DNA of 64,000 nucleotides, from sequence record PP261279.1. One strand, written 5' to 3'. Below the pieces are notes generated by a model. The model was not told the DNA's origin. It saw nothing but the letters and a program-made list of their open reading frames with translations, and did not search any database. The translations under genes were made by a program, and so were the position numbers. Position 1 is the first letter of the stretch. Each line of letters begins with the position of its first letter. This document shows positions 55,862 to 64,000 of the stretch, piece after piece. This DNA comes from Escherichia phage ECP2303.

Positions 55862-55975
55862 ATGGCTAAAAAAGCCTTGAAGAAGGCGTACAAGAAAGAG
55901 ATTGCGCTTGAGCTTAAGAAAAAACACAAGCGTGAAAAGAAACATCATGAAGATGAAGAGGGGGTGCAACAGTGA
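55862..55975 (+). CDS. small lysine-rich basic protein (37 aa)
   Basis: ATG with AGGAGGTG RBS 30 nt downstream of the consensus promoter; MAKKALKKAYKKEIALELKKKHKREKK...; stop overlaps the next GTG start. Confidence 0.35.
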   Translation: MAKKALKKAYKKEIALELKKKHKREKKHHEDEEGVQQ

Positions 55976-56322
55976 CACAAGAACGTATCGATTTGGCTAA
56001 TAAGTTTGTAGACCTCATTTTGCCACGGTTAGTTACTCAACATGCAGATGCTATTTCTACTAATCTTGATGGCTTACGCCTAATGCTGAATCGCACAGAT
56101 GACCCTCGTATTCGGGCTGATTTAGAAGCCTCTGCCAACAAACTGGAAAAGTTCTTGCAAGTAGACACGCAAGAAGCCTTGCACAAGATTATGGTGGAAG
56201 GTTTCTCTAAAGAATTTACCATTAAAGAGCTTAAGGAGCTGATCCACCAAGAAGAGATGAATATCCGAGTTCAGGCTGTTGCAAGCAGCATGGAAGCGGC
56301 TATTGAAAAACTGTTGCAGTAA
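55972..56322 (+). CDS. hypothetical protein
   Basis: 116-aa helical acidic ORF. Confidence 0.4.
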   Translation: MTQERIDLANKFVDLILPRLVTQHADAISTNLDGLRLMLNRTDDPRIRADLEASANKLEKFLQVDTQEALHKIMVEGFSKEFTIKELKELIHQEEMNIRVQAVASSMEAAIEKLLQ

Positions 56323-56360
56323 AAGTACTTGGCACATCTCAATCTGAAAGGAGTCCCAAC

Positions 56361-57149
56361 ATGGGTCGAGCTAAAGAAACAAAACGCATGCGTGATGAAG
56401 CTAGAGAGGCTCGCAAATCTGATCGCCTGCGTAAGGCTGCTGAGAAATTTGCTGACGAAAGAGAGCACACCGCTCCAGCTCTCCGACCAATGAATAAGAA
56501 GCAGCAAAAGTATCTTGATTATCTAGGGTCACGTAAGATTATTATTGTAAACGGTGTGTTTGGATCCGGTAAGACATTTATGGCATCTGCATATGCAGGT
56601 GATCTTCTGCGTAAGAACGAGATTGATAAGATCATTGTTGCACGTCCTTACGTCCAGACAGGAAAGACTTCAGGATTTAAACCTGGAAATGCAATGCAGA
56701 AACTGTGGCCCTATCTTAGAAGCATGATGGACACGATTTGTCGTCGTGTTGGCAAAGGTGCTTTTGCAGCAATGCTTGGGGACGGTCAGAACAGCCGTAT
56801 CGAGATTTGTGAGGTTGAAAGCATTCGTGGTCGTAGTTTTGATGAACGATGCTTTGTCCTTATTGATGAAGCACAGCAAACTAACCCTGAAGAAATGTTG
56901 TCAATTATCACAAGGATCTCTGATCAGGCCACCCTTGTAATTATGGGTGATAATAGCCAACGTGACATCCCTGGTAAATCTGGCCTTGCATGGGTGACAG
57001 ATTTCTTTACTCGCCATCCAGATCCTGATGTTGGAATGATTAGCTTTGATAGTCCAGACGATGTCGTTCGTTCCGGGTTAGGCCGTCAGATTGCACTCAA
57101 TCTTATTGAGGATCGTGCAAATCATATTTGGACTCCTGTTTCCGAGTAA
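56361..57149 (+). CDS. phoH: PhoH-like ATPase
   Basis: Walker A GVFGSGKTF and PhoH-type core; 262 aa. Confidence 0.85.
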   Translation: MGRAKETKRMRDEAREARKSDRLRKAAEKFADEREHTAPALRPMNKKQQKYLDYLGSRKIIIVNGVFGSGKTFMASAYAGDLLRKNEIDKIIVARPYVQTGKTSGFKPGNAMQKLWPYLRSMMDTICRRVGKGAFAAMLGDGQNSRIEICEVESIRGRSFDERCFVLIDEAQQTNPEEMLSIITRISDQATLVIMGDNSQRDIPGKSGLAWVTDFFTRHPDPDVGMISFDSPDDVVRSGLGRQIALNLIEDRANHIWTPVSE

Positions 57150-57155
57150 TACAGA

Positions 57156-57178
57156 AGGGTGGTTATTCCACCCTTAAA
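57156..57178 (+). terminator. Rho-independent terminator (weak U-tract)
   Basis: AGGGTGG-uuauu-CCACCCT followed by TAAATATCT. Confidence 0.45.
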
Positions 57179-57193
57179 TATCTAAAACAGTTG

Positions 57194-57222
57194 TTGACAA
57201 ACAGGTGAGCTTTAGATATTAT
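57194..57222 (+). promoter_or_regulatory. sigma70-type promoter
   Basis: TTGACA, 17-nt spacer, TATTAT. Confidence 0.5.
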
Positions 57223-57252
57223 TATTGGACAAAACAAGGAGAAGGGCACAGT

Positions 57253-57564
57253 ATGGCTACAATACAAGAGAGACTGAATAAAATATACTGCCTGTTTGTG
57301 CATAACGGCGAGACAATTTTGGCAAATAAGGGATTCAAGAATGTGTGGACCAAGGACAGTGGTGGTAATATAATCAACCTAGCGTTGCTACGTGAGCGCC
57401 GACACAGATTCTTTATCGAGTCTCGGATTATTGAAAGCAGCACCTGCTACAGAACAGGCGATAAAGTAATTGTTGACAATGATACGTGGTATGTGGTAGA
57501 CTGGCAATCATTGAGCTGTGATGCTTCTGACAATCGTAAGTATTCTATAGTGATTGCTAAATAA
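57253..57564 (+). CDS. hypothetical protein
   Basis: Start at ATG 57253 (AAGGAG RBS); the track start 57205 lies inside the promoter spacer. Confidence 0.4.
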   Translation: MATIQERLNKIYCLFVHNGETILANKGFKNVWTKDSGGNIINLALLRERRHRFFIESRIIESSTCYRTGDKVIVDNDTWYVVDWQSLSCDASDNRKYSIVIAK

Positions 57565-57624
57565 AGGTAAATGTGAATCAGGTTTAAATAAATAGCTTTC
57601 AACTTCCAATATTAAGGATTTCTC

Positions 57625-58674
57625 ATGAATTTAACACCTCGCAGCACCATGGTACACGGCATGAAAGAAAAACAGAACGGTTTCGAACCTATGAGTAATA
57701 AAATGTTCGGTATGCCGGGTGGTATTATGGAGACATACAGCTACCCAACACCTGTTGTTGACCACGTTCTTTATATCGACGATTTGGAAGACCTGCAGGA
57801 TCATATGTCTCGCCTGCAGACGATCCGTATGGCTCAGCCTGAAGAAAGCATTCGAGTGATCATTAACAGCCCTGGTGGTTGCGTGCACATTGCGATGGCT
57901 TATCTGCAGGCATTCCGCGAGTCTCAGGCAAGCGTTGTTGCACATGCGGAAGGGATGTGCTGCTCTGCGGGAACAATCTTATGGCTGGGTTGCAAAGAAC
58001 GTACTGTGGCTCCGGACACAGAATTTATGTTCCACTACTATCAAGGTGGCACTTATGGTAACGGTGTGAACATGAATACTCAGGTCAGCTACTGGAAAAA
58101 GCGTTTCGAACGCCTGATCGAAAAATACTACGGTTGGGTGCTGACAGAAGATGAGATCGCATCCATCACAGCTGGTGGTGAAGTGTGGTTGGACGGAGAG
58201 GAGCTGGCAGCTCGAACTGGAGCTATCATTCTGGATGAAGGTAACATACAACGCATCCAGAACGGACAAAAACCGAAAAAGCTTCTGGCAAAAGGTGATG
58301 AAGAAGGTGTGTTAGGTGAAGCAGGTCTCCCGGAGATTCACCAGTGTACCTCTTTAGATGAGTTAGTTCATGCTGTTGAATCTGCAAAAGCTGGTGGTTC
58401 GAAAGGTGATGTTCACACTGTGTTCCTGAACCTGCAGATGGAAAGTGGTGAGACCGTTAAGATTGCCTTAGGTGAGATTACCTCAGAAGATCTGCAGCGA
58501 TTCTCTGTCGTTGAACTTCAAGACATTTTGTCCCAATTGAAGACAACCCTAAACGGCGGTGAAGAGGTTAAGGTAAAAGATAAGACTCGCAAGCGTCTGG
58601 TGGACAATATTATTAAAACAGCAAAAGAGCTCAATGAAAAAATCCTGGGTGCAGGAATTGTCGAAGAAGCTTAA
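57625..58674 (+). CDS. ClpP-like serine protease with C-terminal extension
   Basis: INSPGG and MCCSAG active-site regions as in ClpP; ~150-aa charged helical C-terminal tail; 349 aa. Confidence 0.7.
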   Translation: MNLTPRSTMVHGMKEKQNGFEPMSNKMFGMPGGIMETYSYPTPVVDHVLYIDDLEDLQDHMSRLQTIRMAQPEESIRVIINSPGGCVHIAMAYLQAFRESQASVVAHAEGMCCSAGTILWLGCKERTVAPDTEFMFHYYQGGTYGNGVNMNTQVSYWKKRFERLIEKYYGWVLTEDEIASITAGGEVWLDGEELAARTGAIILDEGNIQRIQNGQKPKKLLAKGDEEGVLGEAGLPEIHQCTSLDELVHAVESAKAGGSKGDVHTVFLNLQMESGETVKIALGEITSEDLQRFSVVELQDILSQLKTTLNGGEEVKVKDKTRKRLVDNIIKTAKELNEKILGAGIVEEA

Positions 58675-58686
58675 ACATTAATTCTA

Positions 58687-58708
58687 AAGCCCTCTTCGGA
58701 GGGCTTTT
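58687..58708 (+). terminator. Rho-independent terminator
   Basis: AAGCCCUC-uucg-GAGGGCUU followed by TTAT. Confidence 0.65.
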
Positions 58709-58725
58709 ATGATCTGGAGATTTGC

Positions 58726-59259
58726 ATGACTTGTGCTCGAAAACCTGATGAACAACGTAACGCCTACGATGAGTATGTGACACCGGAGTGGTGTGCAGAA
58801 GGGCTGTATGACCTTATTCCGTTCCCAGAAGACTGGACCTACTTAGAGCCTTGCAGGAATAGTGCCTCAGGTGTGTTCTACTCCCGTATGCCGTTAGGAT
58901 CTGCATGGGGAGAAATCCAAGAAGGTGTTGACTATCTGAATACAGAATACAACCATGTTGACTGTATTATCACCAACCCACCATACAGTTTGGCTCGTGA
59001 GTTTGTAGACAAGGCGTTGAAAGATGCTGACGTAGTTATTATGCTTTTGCGTCTTAATTTTCTGGAAAGCAAAGCCAGATTTGAATGGTGGCTTGATAAT
59101 GCACCTACCACTGTGATCACAATATCTAAGCGTCCATCTTTTCAATCAAATGGCAGAACTGACGGGCAAGCATATGCATATTTTGTGTGGGATAAGAAAA
59201 ACCGTTTAGGCTTGCCGCCGTTTATGTGGTTGGCACCCCCAGAGGTAGACCTGAAATGA
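58726..59259 (+). CDS. phage Dam-type DNA N6-adenine methyltransferase (small)
   Basis: CIITNPPYSLA (NPPY catalytic motif) in a 177-aa protein. Confidence 0.7.
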   Translation: MTCARKPDEQRNAYDEYVTPEWCAEGLYDLIPFPEDWTYLEPCRNSASGVFYSRMPLGSAWGEIQEGVDYLNTEYNHVDCIITNPPYSLAREFVDKALKDADVVIMLLRLNFLESKARFEWWLDNAPTTVITISKRPSFQSNGRTDGQAYAYFVWDKKNRLGLPPFMWLAPPEVDLK

Positions 59260-59540
59260 AAATGAGTGCTAAGGACAAATTACACCAGCTAGCGCTAAAA
59301 CGCCCTGTAACGCTCCCTGACGAGCTTAACTCCATTTATGATGCGATTGTAGGGGAGATACAAAATAAAGCGTTAGCAGGCTTTCTGGGGTGCGGATTTT
59401 CGATAAATCTACCCTCGCATCTCTCAGATTACTTCCCGCACATTGTTGGAGATTTAAGGGCAGGAGGTCTGCAGGTAGATGTTGTTGGCATCTCCCCAGA
59501 GAAAAATAATACGGTTGCCTACTTGACAGTAACCTGGTAG
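59256..59540 (+). CDS. hypothetical protein
   Basis: Start at ATG overlapping the upstream stop (ATGA); 94 aa. Confidence 0.35.
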   Translation: MKMSAKDKLHQLALKRPVTLPDELNSIYDAIVGEIQNKALAGFLGCGFSINLPSHLSDYFPHIVGDLRAGGLQVDVVGISPEKNNTVAYLTVTW

Positions 59541-59542
59541 TT

Positions 59543-59815
59543 GTGTATTGTTGTTTTCAACAAGAGGGGTCATTTATGTACAAGTCATTTTCAATCTACT
59601 CAAGACAGGCGAAACACTACACAGAGATCCTGATCACTCAGAAAAAATCTGTGGAAGGTGAGTGGGAATATCACCATAAAATGTTGCGTCCAGACTGGGT
59701 TTTTGATAGACTTATTGCTATGATCCCTCTCGGAGAAGTATACCCTCTGACAGCCCATCGCGATGCTTGGGATTTAATTGATTACATAGATTCATTTAAG
59801 GAGCCTAGATTATGA
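59543..59815 (+). CDS. hypothetical protein
   Basis: 90-aa ORF. Confidence 0.35.
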   Translation: MYCCFQQEGSFMYKSFSIYSRQAKHYTEILITQKKSVEGEWEYHHKMLRPDWVFDRLIAMIPLGEVYPLTAHRDAWDLIDYIDSFKEPRL

Positions 59816-60210
59816 AGATTGAGATTACTAAAGAAGGTAAGAAAGTGTCCGGCAACTATGCAACAGTAATTCGGGATTTAATGTTTGAAGCCACCAAGAT
59901 CGGTACATCTAAAGTTGGTCAAACTGTTAGTGTGAAAAGTAATATCTCCACAGGAGAGAAGGTATTCATTGTGGTCAAAGGGCAGGATCCCGTGGAAGGA
60001 ACAGTGGGCCGAGGTGGCTACCTGTGCATTTCTGAAGAGCCGCGTATGTTAGTGGCTGACGCTACTATGGGTGGGAAACGTGTGTGCGAGGCGGATGAGG
60101 TAATGATTATCCAACCTGTTGATCCAGATGACCCAGCAACTTGGGTGGTAGGAAATGAAATCTTCTCTTTAGAAGAGTTATCCTTCCCAGCACCGCGCTC
60201 TGTTCAGTAA
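59812..60210 (+). CDS. hypothetical protein
   Basis: 132-aa ORF with GGAG RBS. Confidence 0.4.
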   Translation: MKIEITKEGKKVSGNYATVIRDLMFEATKIGTSKVGQTVSVKSNISTGEKVFIVVKGQDPVEGTVGRGGYLCISEEPRMLVADATMGGKRVCEADEVMIIQPVDPDDPATWVVGNEIFSLEELSFPAPRSVQ

Positions 60211-60247
60211 TAATTTATCTTACCAGGGACGGTAGGTAGGAGGTAGC

Positions 60248-60481
60248 ATGAAAGTTAAATTTCTTACAGATTTAGGGTACCCTTCCTTGGTTGACTGTGT
60301 TGGTAAAATTGTGGAAGCAAAACGGCTATCTGCAAACGAGAATGTTGTCCTGGTTAAAGGGAAGGATTTACTAGCTGCAGGTGCAGAGTCTGGCAGGATC
60401 TCTCCTGATTATATGTATTACCTATCTTTAAGTAATCTGCCAGAGCGAGGCGGTAAAGGCCTTGAAGTTGTGGAGGAGTGA
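60248..60481 (+). CDS. hypothetical protein
   Basis: 77-aa ORF with AGGAGG RBS. Confidence 0.4.
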   Translation: MKVKFLTDLGYPSLVDCVGKIVEAKRLSANENVVLVKGKDLLAAGAESGRISPDYMYYLSLSNLPERGGKGLEVVEE

Positions 60482-61011
60482 CAGGTATGCTTCTGATTAA
60501 CTGGGAAGACCTCTATGGGGACAAAGACCCTGTTGCGTTTGTTGATCGTAGGTGGAGATACACTGAAGAACAACTGGCGGCAAAAAATTTAACTGCAAAA
60601 CGCAGAAAGATCATCCAGTGCAAGTACAAATACGCACAGTTTGCTGCAAAAGTGTCTCCACAAATCGAGAGCTTTGTGCTTAAATTGTATGACGAGTACC
60701 TCAAATTCAAATTGGATTTTGTGCAGGTGTACCGTGCACAGGTACGACCAGATACCAACATATGTAGATGGAAGGTTGTTTGTGAAGGTAAAGATTTGCC
60801 GCTCAGCTTGACAATTGAGTGGCGTTATGGGTATCATGAGTGTGGTCTGTATGATATTTGGGATGTCATTGTAGATCCTGCTAAGCATCTGAACACAGAG
60901 GAGCTGGAATATATCAATAAGGTTATTCTCGATATGTTTTTCAGCTACACACATGAAAACTCTGAGAAAGAACGGGATAATTTTCTTGACACCCTCAGCG
61001 ACCATTTGTAG
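60478..61011 (+). CDS. hypothetical protein
   Basis: 177-aa ORF. Confidence 0.4.
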   Translation: MTGMLLINWEDLYGDKDPVAFVDRRWRYTEEQLAAKNLTAKRRKIIQCKYKYAQFAAKVSPQIESFVLKLYDEYLKFKLDFVQVYRAQVRPDTNICRWKVVCEGKDLPLSLTIEWRYGYHECGLYDIWDVIVDPAKHLNTEELEYINKVILDMFFSYTHENSEKERDNFLDTLSDHL

Positions 61012-61041
61012 TATACAATTTAACCTACAAAGGGAGGACCA

Positions 61042-61269
61042 ATGAGTATAAATGTTGTGCTAATAGGTTACCTGGTAATGTCCGTTATAACAGCGGTATT
61101 CTTGACAGGTGTATGCATCGTGTCCAGACGAAGGGTGAAGTTTGATGATTTTATCACCATCATCACTGCTGCACCTTTTTGGCCTGTTGTTATCTTCATC
61201 GTAATAATGTGCCTAGTTGATTACTACAAGAATATCAGGAAGGAGAGTAGGGATGGAGACCGCACCTAA
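61042..61269 (+). CDS. small membrane protein (two predicted transmembrane helices)
   Basis: 75 aa, two hydrophobic stretches and a charged C-terminus; GGGAGG RBS. Confidence 0.45.
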   Translation: MSINVVLIGYLVMSVITAVFLTGVCIVSRRRVKFDDFITIITAAPFWPVVIFIVIMCLVDYYKNIRKESRDGDRT

Positions 61270-61382
61270 AACTATCTATACTGTTCTTAAAGAGATTGCG
61301 TTCTACGCAGATCTTAGCCAGGCACCTTTATGGGAAAAGAGCATGTATTTAAAATGGTGCGTTAATTTAGGGAGACCTTCCA

Positions 61383-61502
61383 GTGTTTCAAGCCATGTTT
61401 ATTGAGATGCTATCTGGGATATTGTTACTGGTAGCCATCTTAGGTGGTGCAGTTCTGATGTATAACTATCTTGAAAAAGGAGACAGCAATGGTAAAAAAT
61501 AA
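61383..61502 (+). CDS. small membrane peptide (39 aa)
   Basis: GTG start 6 nt after GGGAGA; single hydrophobic helix (LSGILLLVAILGGAVLM). Confidence 0.3.
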   Translation: MFQAMFIEMLSGILLLVAILGGAVLMYNYLEKGDSNGKK

Positions 61503-61674
61503 ATCTTTAGAGCAGGCTGAAAACCTTCTCCACGAGCTGGTAAAGGAGTGGAAAGTTGAATACTCAGATTTTAATGCACGAGAGGGTGAAGATTATTGGC
61601 CTACGGAGCGCTCAGAGGGCGAATGGTATCAAGATTTTATAGAGTGGTTATATCAGACGTGCGATGAGGGGTGA
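61489..61674 (+). CDS. hypothetical acidic protein
   Basis: Start at ATG 61489 with AAGGAG RBS (track start 61471). Confidence 0.4.
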   Translation: MVKNKSLEQAENLLHELVKEWKVEYSDFNAREGEDYWPTERSEGEWYQDFIEWLYQTCDEG

Positions 61675-62141
61675 CGATGTTTGTTAAATATGTAAAAACG
61701 TGCCTCAACAGTCTTGGCAGAGAGCATTGGTACACCTTGCTTGAAAAAGGGGAAATTTTAACAAAATCTGGAAAGATAACTTTGATACCTCTTGATAGTA
61801 AAGGTAAAGACCCGTCACGACTTGTTATAGATGATTACGTTACAGGTGTGACGTTCGAGGTCTCTGTGGAGAGGTTAATACGCAGAGCTGGCGGCCCTTA
61901 TGACCGAAGAGAGTATGTTTTCGATTCCGTTACAGAGATGGGGGAGCATCCGTCTTTAATGTTCAGGATGGTAATCAGAGATATGAGGTCATCTATAGAT
62001 AGGATCGTAAAGGACATTAAGGAACCTTTTAGAGTAAAAGTTAAGAAGTTTTTCGATTCTAAGATTAACATACTCGCCGTTGCACTAGGTGTAGTTCAAC
62101 TTCTGTTAATTTTGCACTATTTTGAACTACTATTTAAGTAG
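61671..62141 (+). CDS. hypothetical protein with C-terminal transmembrane anchor
   Basis: 156 aa, hydrophobic C-terminus (ILAVALGVVQLLLILHYF). Confidence 0.4.
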   Translation: MTMFVKYVKTCLNSLGREHWYTLLEKGEILTKSGKITLIPLDSKGKDPSRLVIDDYVTGVTFEVSVERLIRRAGGPYDRREYVFDSVTEMGEHPSLMFRMVIRDMRSSIDRIVKDIKEPFRVKVKKFFDSKINILAVALGVVQLLLILHYFELLFK

Positions 62142-62203
62142 TAGTTGAGATATGGCACAAAGGATGTGCCATAGTGAAATAAACTAAGAAAGAGGTAGAG
62201 AGA

Positions 62204-62551
62204 ATGCCAAAGATTAAAACGTTATTACTGTGGGTAGCTGTTTTAGCTTTTATAGGGTACTGGACTTGGGAAACTGAATTAAAAGATATCGGATATACCA
62301 GTCTTGAGAGCAAGGCGTGCATTGGCATAACCGATGCGTTCAGGCAAAATGCTATGGATCACGAATGTGTTGATGCAGATATAGATGAGAAACTGTCTAA
62401 GGACAAAGATTTTTACCATGGGTATGCTTTACTTGATAGTGGTGACACTGTAGAGTTCTGGTCGTGGTTTCGTGAAGATGGAACAATAAAAACAGCAGTA
62501 AAGATCTCTAACAAAGAGTTAATGCTGTTGCAGCAAAAGGAGGCTCAATGA
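62204..62551 (+). CDS. hypothetical secreted/membrane-anchored protein
   Basis: 115 aa, N-terminal signal-anchor-like helix; AGAGG RBS. Confidence 0.4.
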   Translation: MPKIKTLLLWVAVLAFIGYWTWETELKDIGYTSLESKACIGITDAFRQNAMDHECVDADIDEKLSKDKDFYHGYALLDSGDTVEFWSWFREDGTIKTAVKISNKELMLLQQKEAQ

Positions 62552-62835
62552 TCTGGATATCCTATGCTGATGGCACCATGCTGTATACTGCAGGTACCAG
62601 ATATGAAGTTCAGGAGAACGATAAAAAATTTATCGTAAAAACATTTGACAAGGACGACAACCTTTTGCTAGAATTGACTTACAAAGTTGGAGAGGTATCC
62701 AATATCCAGTTGGATTGTGGTCATAAAGATAATCCACTCAAAAAACCTGGAGTAGGTAAGGCTTCAGAAGAACGTCTGTCTCGTATTGCAGAAAGCGTTT
62801 CTCCCCAAAAATCTAAGAAGAGGACTAGAAAATGA
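62548..62835 (+). CDS. hypothetical protein
   Basis: 95-aa ORF. Confidence 0.35.
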   Translation: MIWISYADGTMLYTAGTRYEVQENDKKFIVKTFDKDDNLLLELTYKVGEVSNIQLDCGHKDNPLKKPGVGKASEERLSRIAESVSPQKSKKRTRK

Positions 62836-63026
62836 AAAACTTACGTTTTAACACTTATTACTACAACACATTGAATGATTTGTATTATATTGTTCGAAGT
62901 AAAAGTCCTGAAACAGTCCTATTCTGCCGCGAACCTTTCAAAGGGGAGGAAGTAGAGTCTGAGATGAATGTTAGCCAGATCACCTCTTTGTTGCTCTCAG
63001 GCGCAATGGAAGAAGCAATATTCTAA
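62832..63026 (+). CDS. hypothetical protein
   Basis: 64-aa ORF. Confidence 0.3.
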   Translation: MKNLRFNTYYYNTLNDLYYIVRSKSPETVLFCREPFKGEEVESEMNVSQITSLLLSGAMEEAIF

Positions 63027-63044
63027 ACCAGGCAGGAGGGTTTT

Positions 63045-63230
63045 ATGAAGCACTATTGCCTGTCTGGTAGAATGGGTGCAGATTGTGATTGGGTTTTCTT
63101 AAAACTTGTCAGCATTCGAGAGTTCATCCCAGAGGAAGAGCAAGAAAGCGAGCTGATGTCATGGATCAACCATTACGGTAACACTTTTCGGCATGTTAAG
63201 GTAGAAGAGTTGCCAAGCGAGGCTGATTGA
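63045..63230 (+). CDS. hypothetical protein
   Basis: 61-aa ORF with AGGAGGG RBS. Confidence 0.35.
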   Translation: MKHYCLSGRMGADCDWVFLKLVSIREFIPEEEQESELMSWINHYGNTFRHVKVEELPSEAD

Positions 63231-63232
63231 CT

Positions 63233-63322
63233 ATGATTGCATCAATATTAACGTTTATAGGTGGCGTGGCATTCGGATTCATTGTTTGCCTGTTTATAGT
63301 GATTATGTCTATGCGAGGCTGA
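63233..63322 (+). CDS. small hydrophobic peptide (29 aa)
   Basis: ATG 2 nt after the upstream stop; single predicted transmembrane helix. Confidence 0.25.
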   Translation: MIASILTFIGGVAFGFIVCLFIVIMSMRG

Positions 63323-63325
63323 ATT

Positions 63326-63622
63326 ATGAAACTTTTTGAGTGGTTTAAAAAGTTTAAATATAAAGCTGTAGCCATCGTGCCGTGGTCCATTCAGTGGGTT
63401 GATGAAGGTGGTCTACCGATACCTGGTGACAAAGATACTGGGTACTGGATTATGATGGAGAACGGGTTTGGAAAGCGAAAGTATACGTGCACAAACTCTA
63501 CTCGATCTGCACTTAATAGAGTTCCTGGTTACAAACTTATGGTTGTGTGGAAAATGTCAGGCGTGCCTCCAGCCAATGCTCAATTTCTTACTGACAATCC
63601 GACCACGGTAGAGGGAGATTGA
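63326..63622 (+). CDS. hypothetical protein
   Basis: 98-aa ORF. Confidence 0.35.
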   Translation: MKLFEWFKKFKYKAVAIVPWSIQWVDEGGLPIPGDKDTGYWIMMENGFGKRKYTCTNSTRSALNRVPGYKLMVVWKMSGVPPANAQFLTDNPTTVEGD

Positions 63623-63906
63623 TAATGAAAAAGATTAACAGTAGTGAAGTAGAGTTTAAACTTGTCGGAAAAGGCACTTACTGGGAAGTTCGTCAAAAGG
63701 TATATTTGTTCGGTATTATTCCCTACTGGTCTAAATTCTACTGGGGAGCTAACGAGTGGGGAAGATACGCCACCAAATCAATGGCACTTATTGGTATAGC
63801 AGAGTACATTGCAGCCCGAGATAGGGTTGGAACCACTTATTACTACACTGCTGACGATATTCGTAACAGTGTTTACGTCCCACAACCGCCTGAGGGAGAC
63901 CGTTGA
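63619..63906 (+). CDS. hypothetical protein
   Basis: 95-aa ORF. Confidence 0.35.
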   Translation: MIMKKINSSEVEFKLVGKGTYWEVRQKVYLFGIIPYWSKFYWGANEWGRYATKSMALIGIAEYIAARDRVGTTYYYTADDIRNSVYVPQPPEGDR

Positions 63907-64000
63907 TGAAAGTTAAAGTTTTAGATTCAAGCTTCTATATTGGTCAGGAGCCTTTAGTGGGGAAAGTGTTTACCGCTATCCCTAACGAAGATTATCCTGA
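63906..64000 (+). CDS. hypothetical protein, N-terminal fragment (runs off the window end)
   Basis: ATG overlapping the upstream stop (TGATG); open to the window end. Confidence 0.3.
   Translation, partial: MKVKVLDSSFYIGQEPLVGKVFTAIPNEDYP

Noticed and set aside
57205-57252. GTG at 57205 as a gene start.
   Set aside because: It falls inside the spacer of the TTGACA-N17-TATTAT promoter; ATG 57253 with AAGGAG RBS is used.
61042-61269. Calling the two-helix membrane protein a holin.
   Set aside because: Topology is compatible but it is 22 kb from the endolysin and 33 kb from the spanins with no lysis-gene neighbour; left as a membrane protein and listed only as a candidate.

Overview
The window reads as a contiguous piece of a large virulent tailed phage of a Gram-negative host, AT-rich and densely coded, in three blocks. 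(1) Positions 1-28300, minus strand: a late/structural module running terminase large subunit, portal, protease, scaffold, decoration protein, lambda gpE-type major capsid, head-tail joining proteins, sheath-like and tube-like proteins, frameshifted tail chaperones, tape measure, baseplate hub and HxH spike, then two receptor-binding proteins, with an Rz/Rz1-type spanin pair just upstream of the terminase. (2) Positions 28300-33500, minus strand: an early region with a seven-gene tRNA cluster (six canonical tRNAs plus one atypical 99-nt tRNA-like gene), small basic/acidic proteins, a 660-bp ORF-free hub carrying four phased palindromic iterons, and a split polynucleotide kinase/phosphatase. 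(3) Positions 33500-64000, plus strand: RNA ligase 1, a Sir2-like protein, DNA ligase, lambda R-type endolysin, a recombination/repair nuclease set, two adenine methyltransferases, thymidylate synthase ThyX, aerobic and anaerobic ribonucleotide reductases, PhoH, a ClpP-like protease, and many small hypothetical and membrane proteins, punctuated by near-consensus sigma70 promoters and UUCG-loop intrinsic terminators. All protein calls rest on motifs read by eye from the ORF track; no database search was run, so family names are inferences. The most interesting candidates for undescribed biology are the iteron/structured non-coding hub at 31.4-32.1 kb, the atypical UUU-anticodon tRNA-like gene beside an RNA-repair module, the Sir2-like gene neighbourhood, and a recurring palindrome embedded in three promoter spacers.
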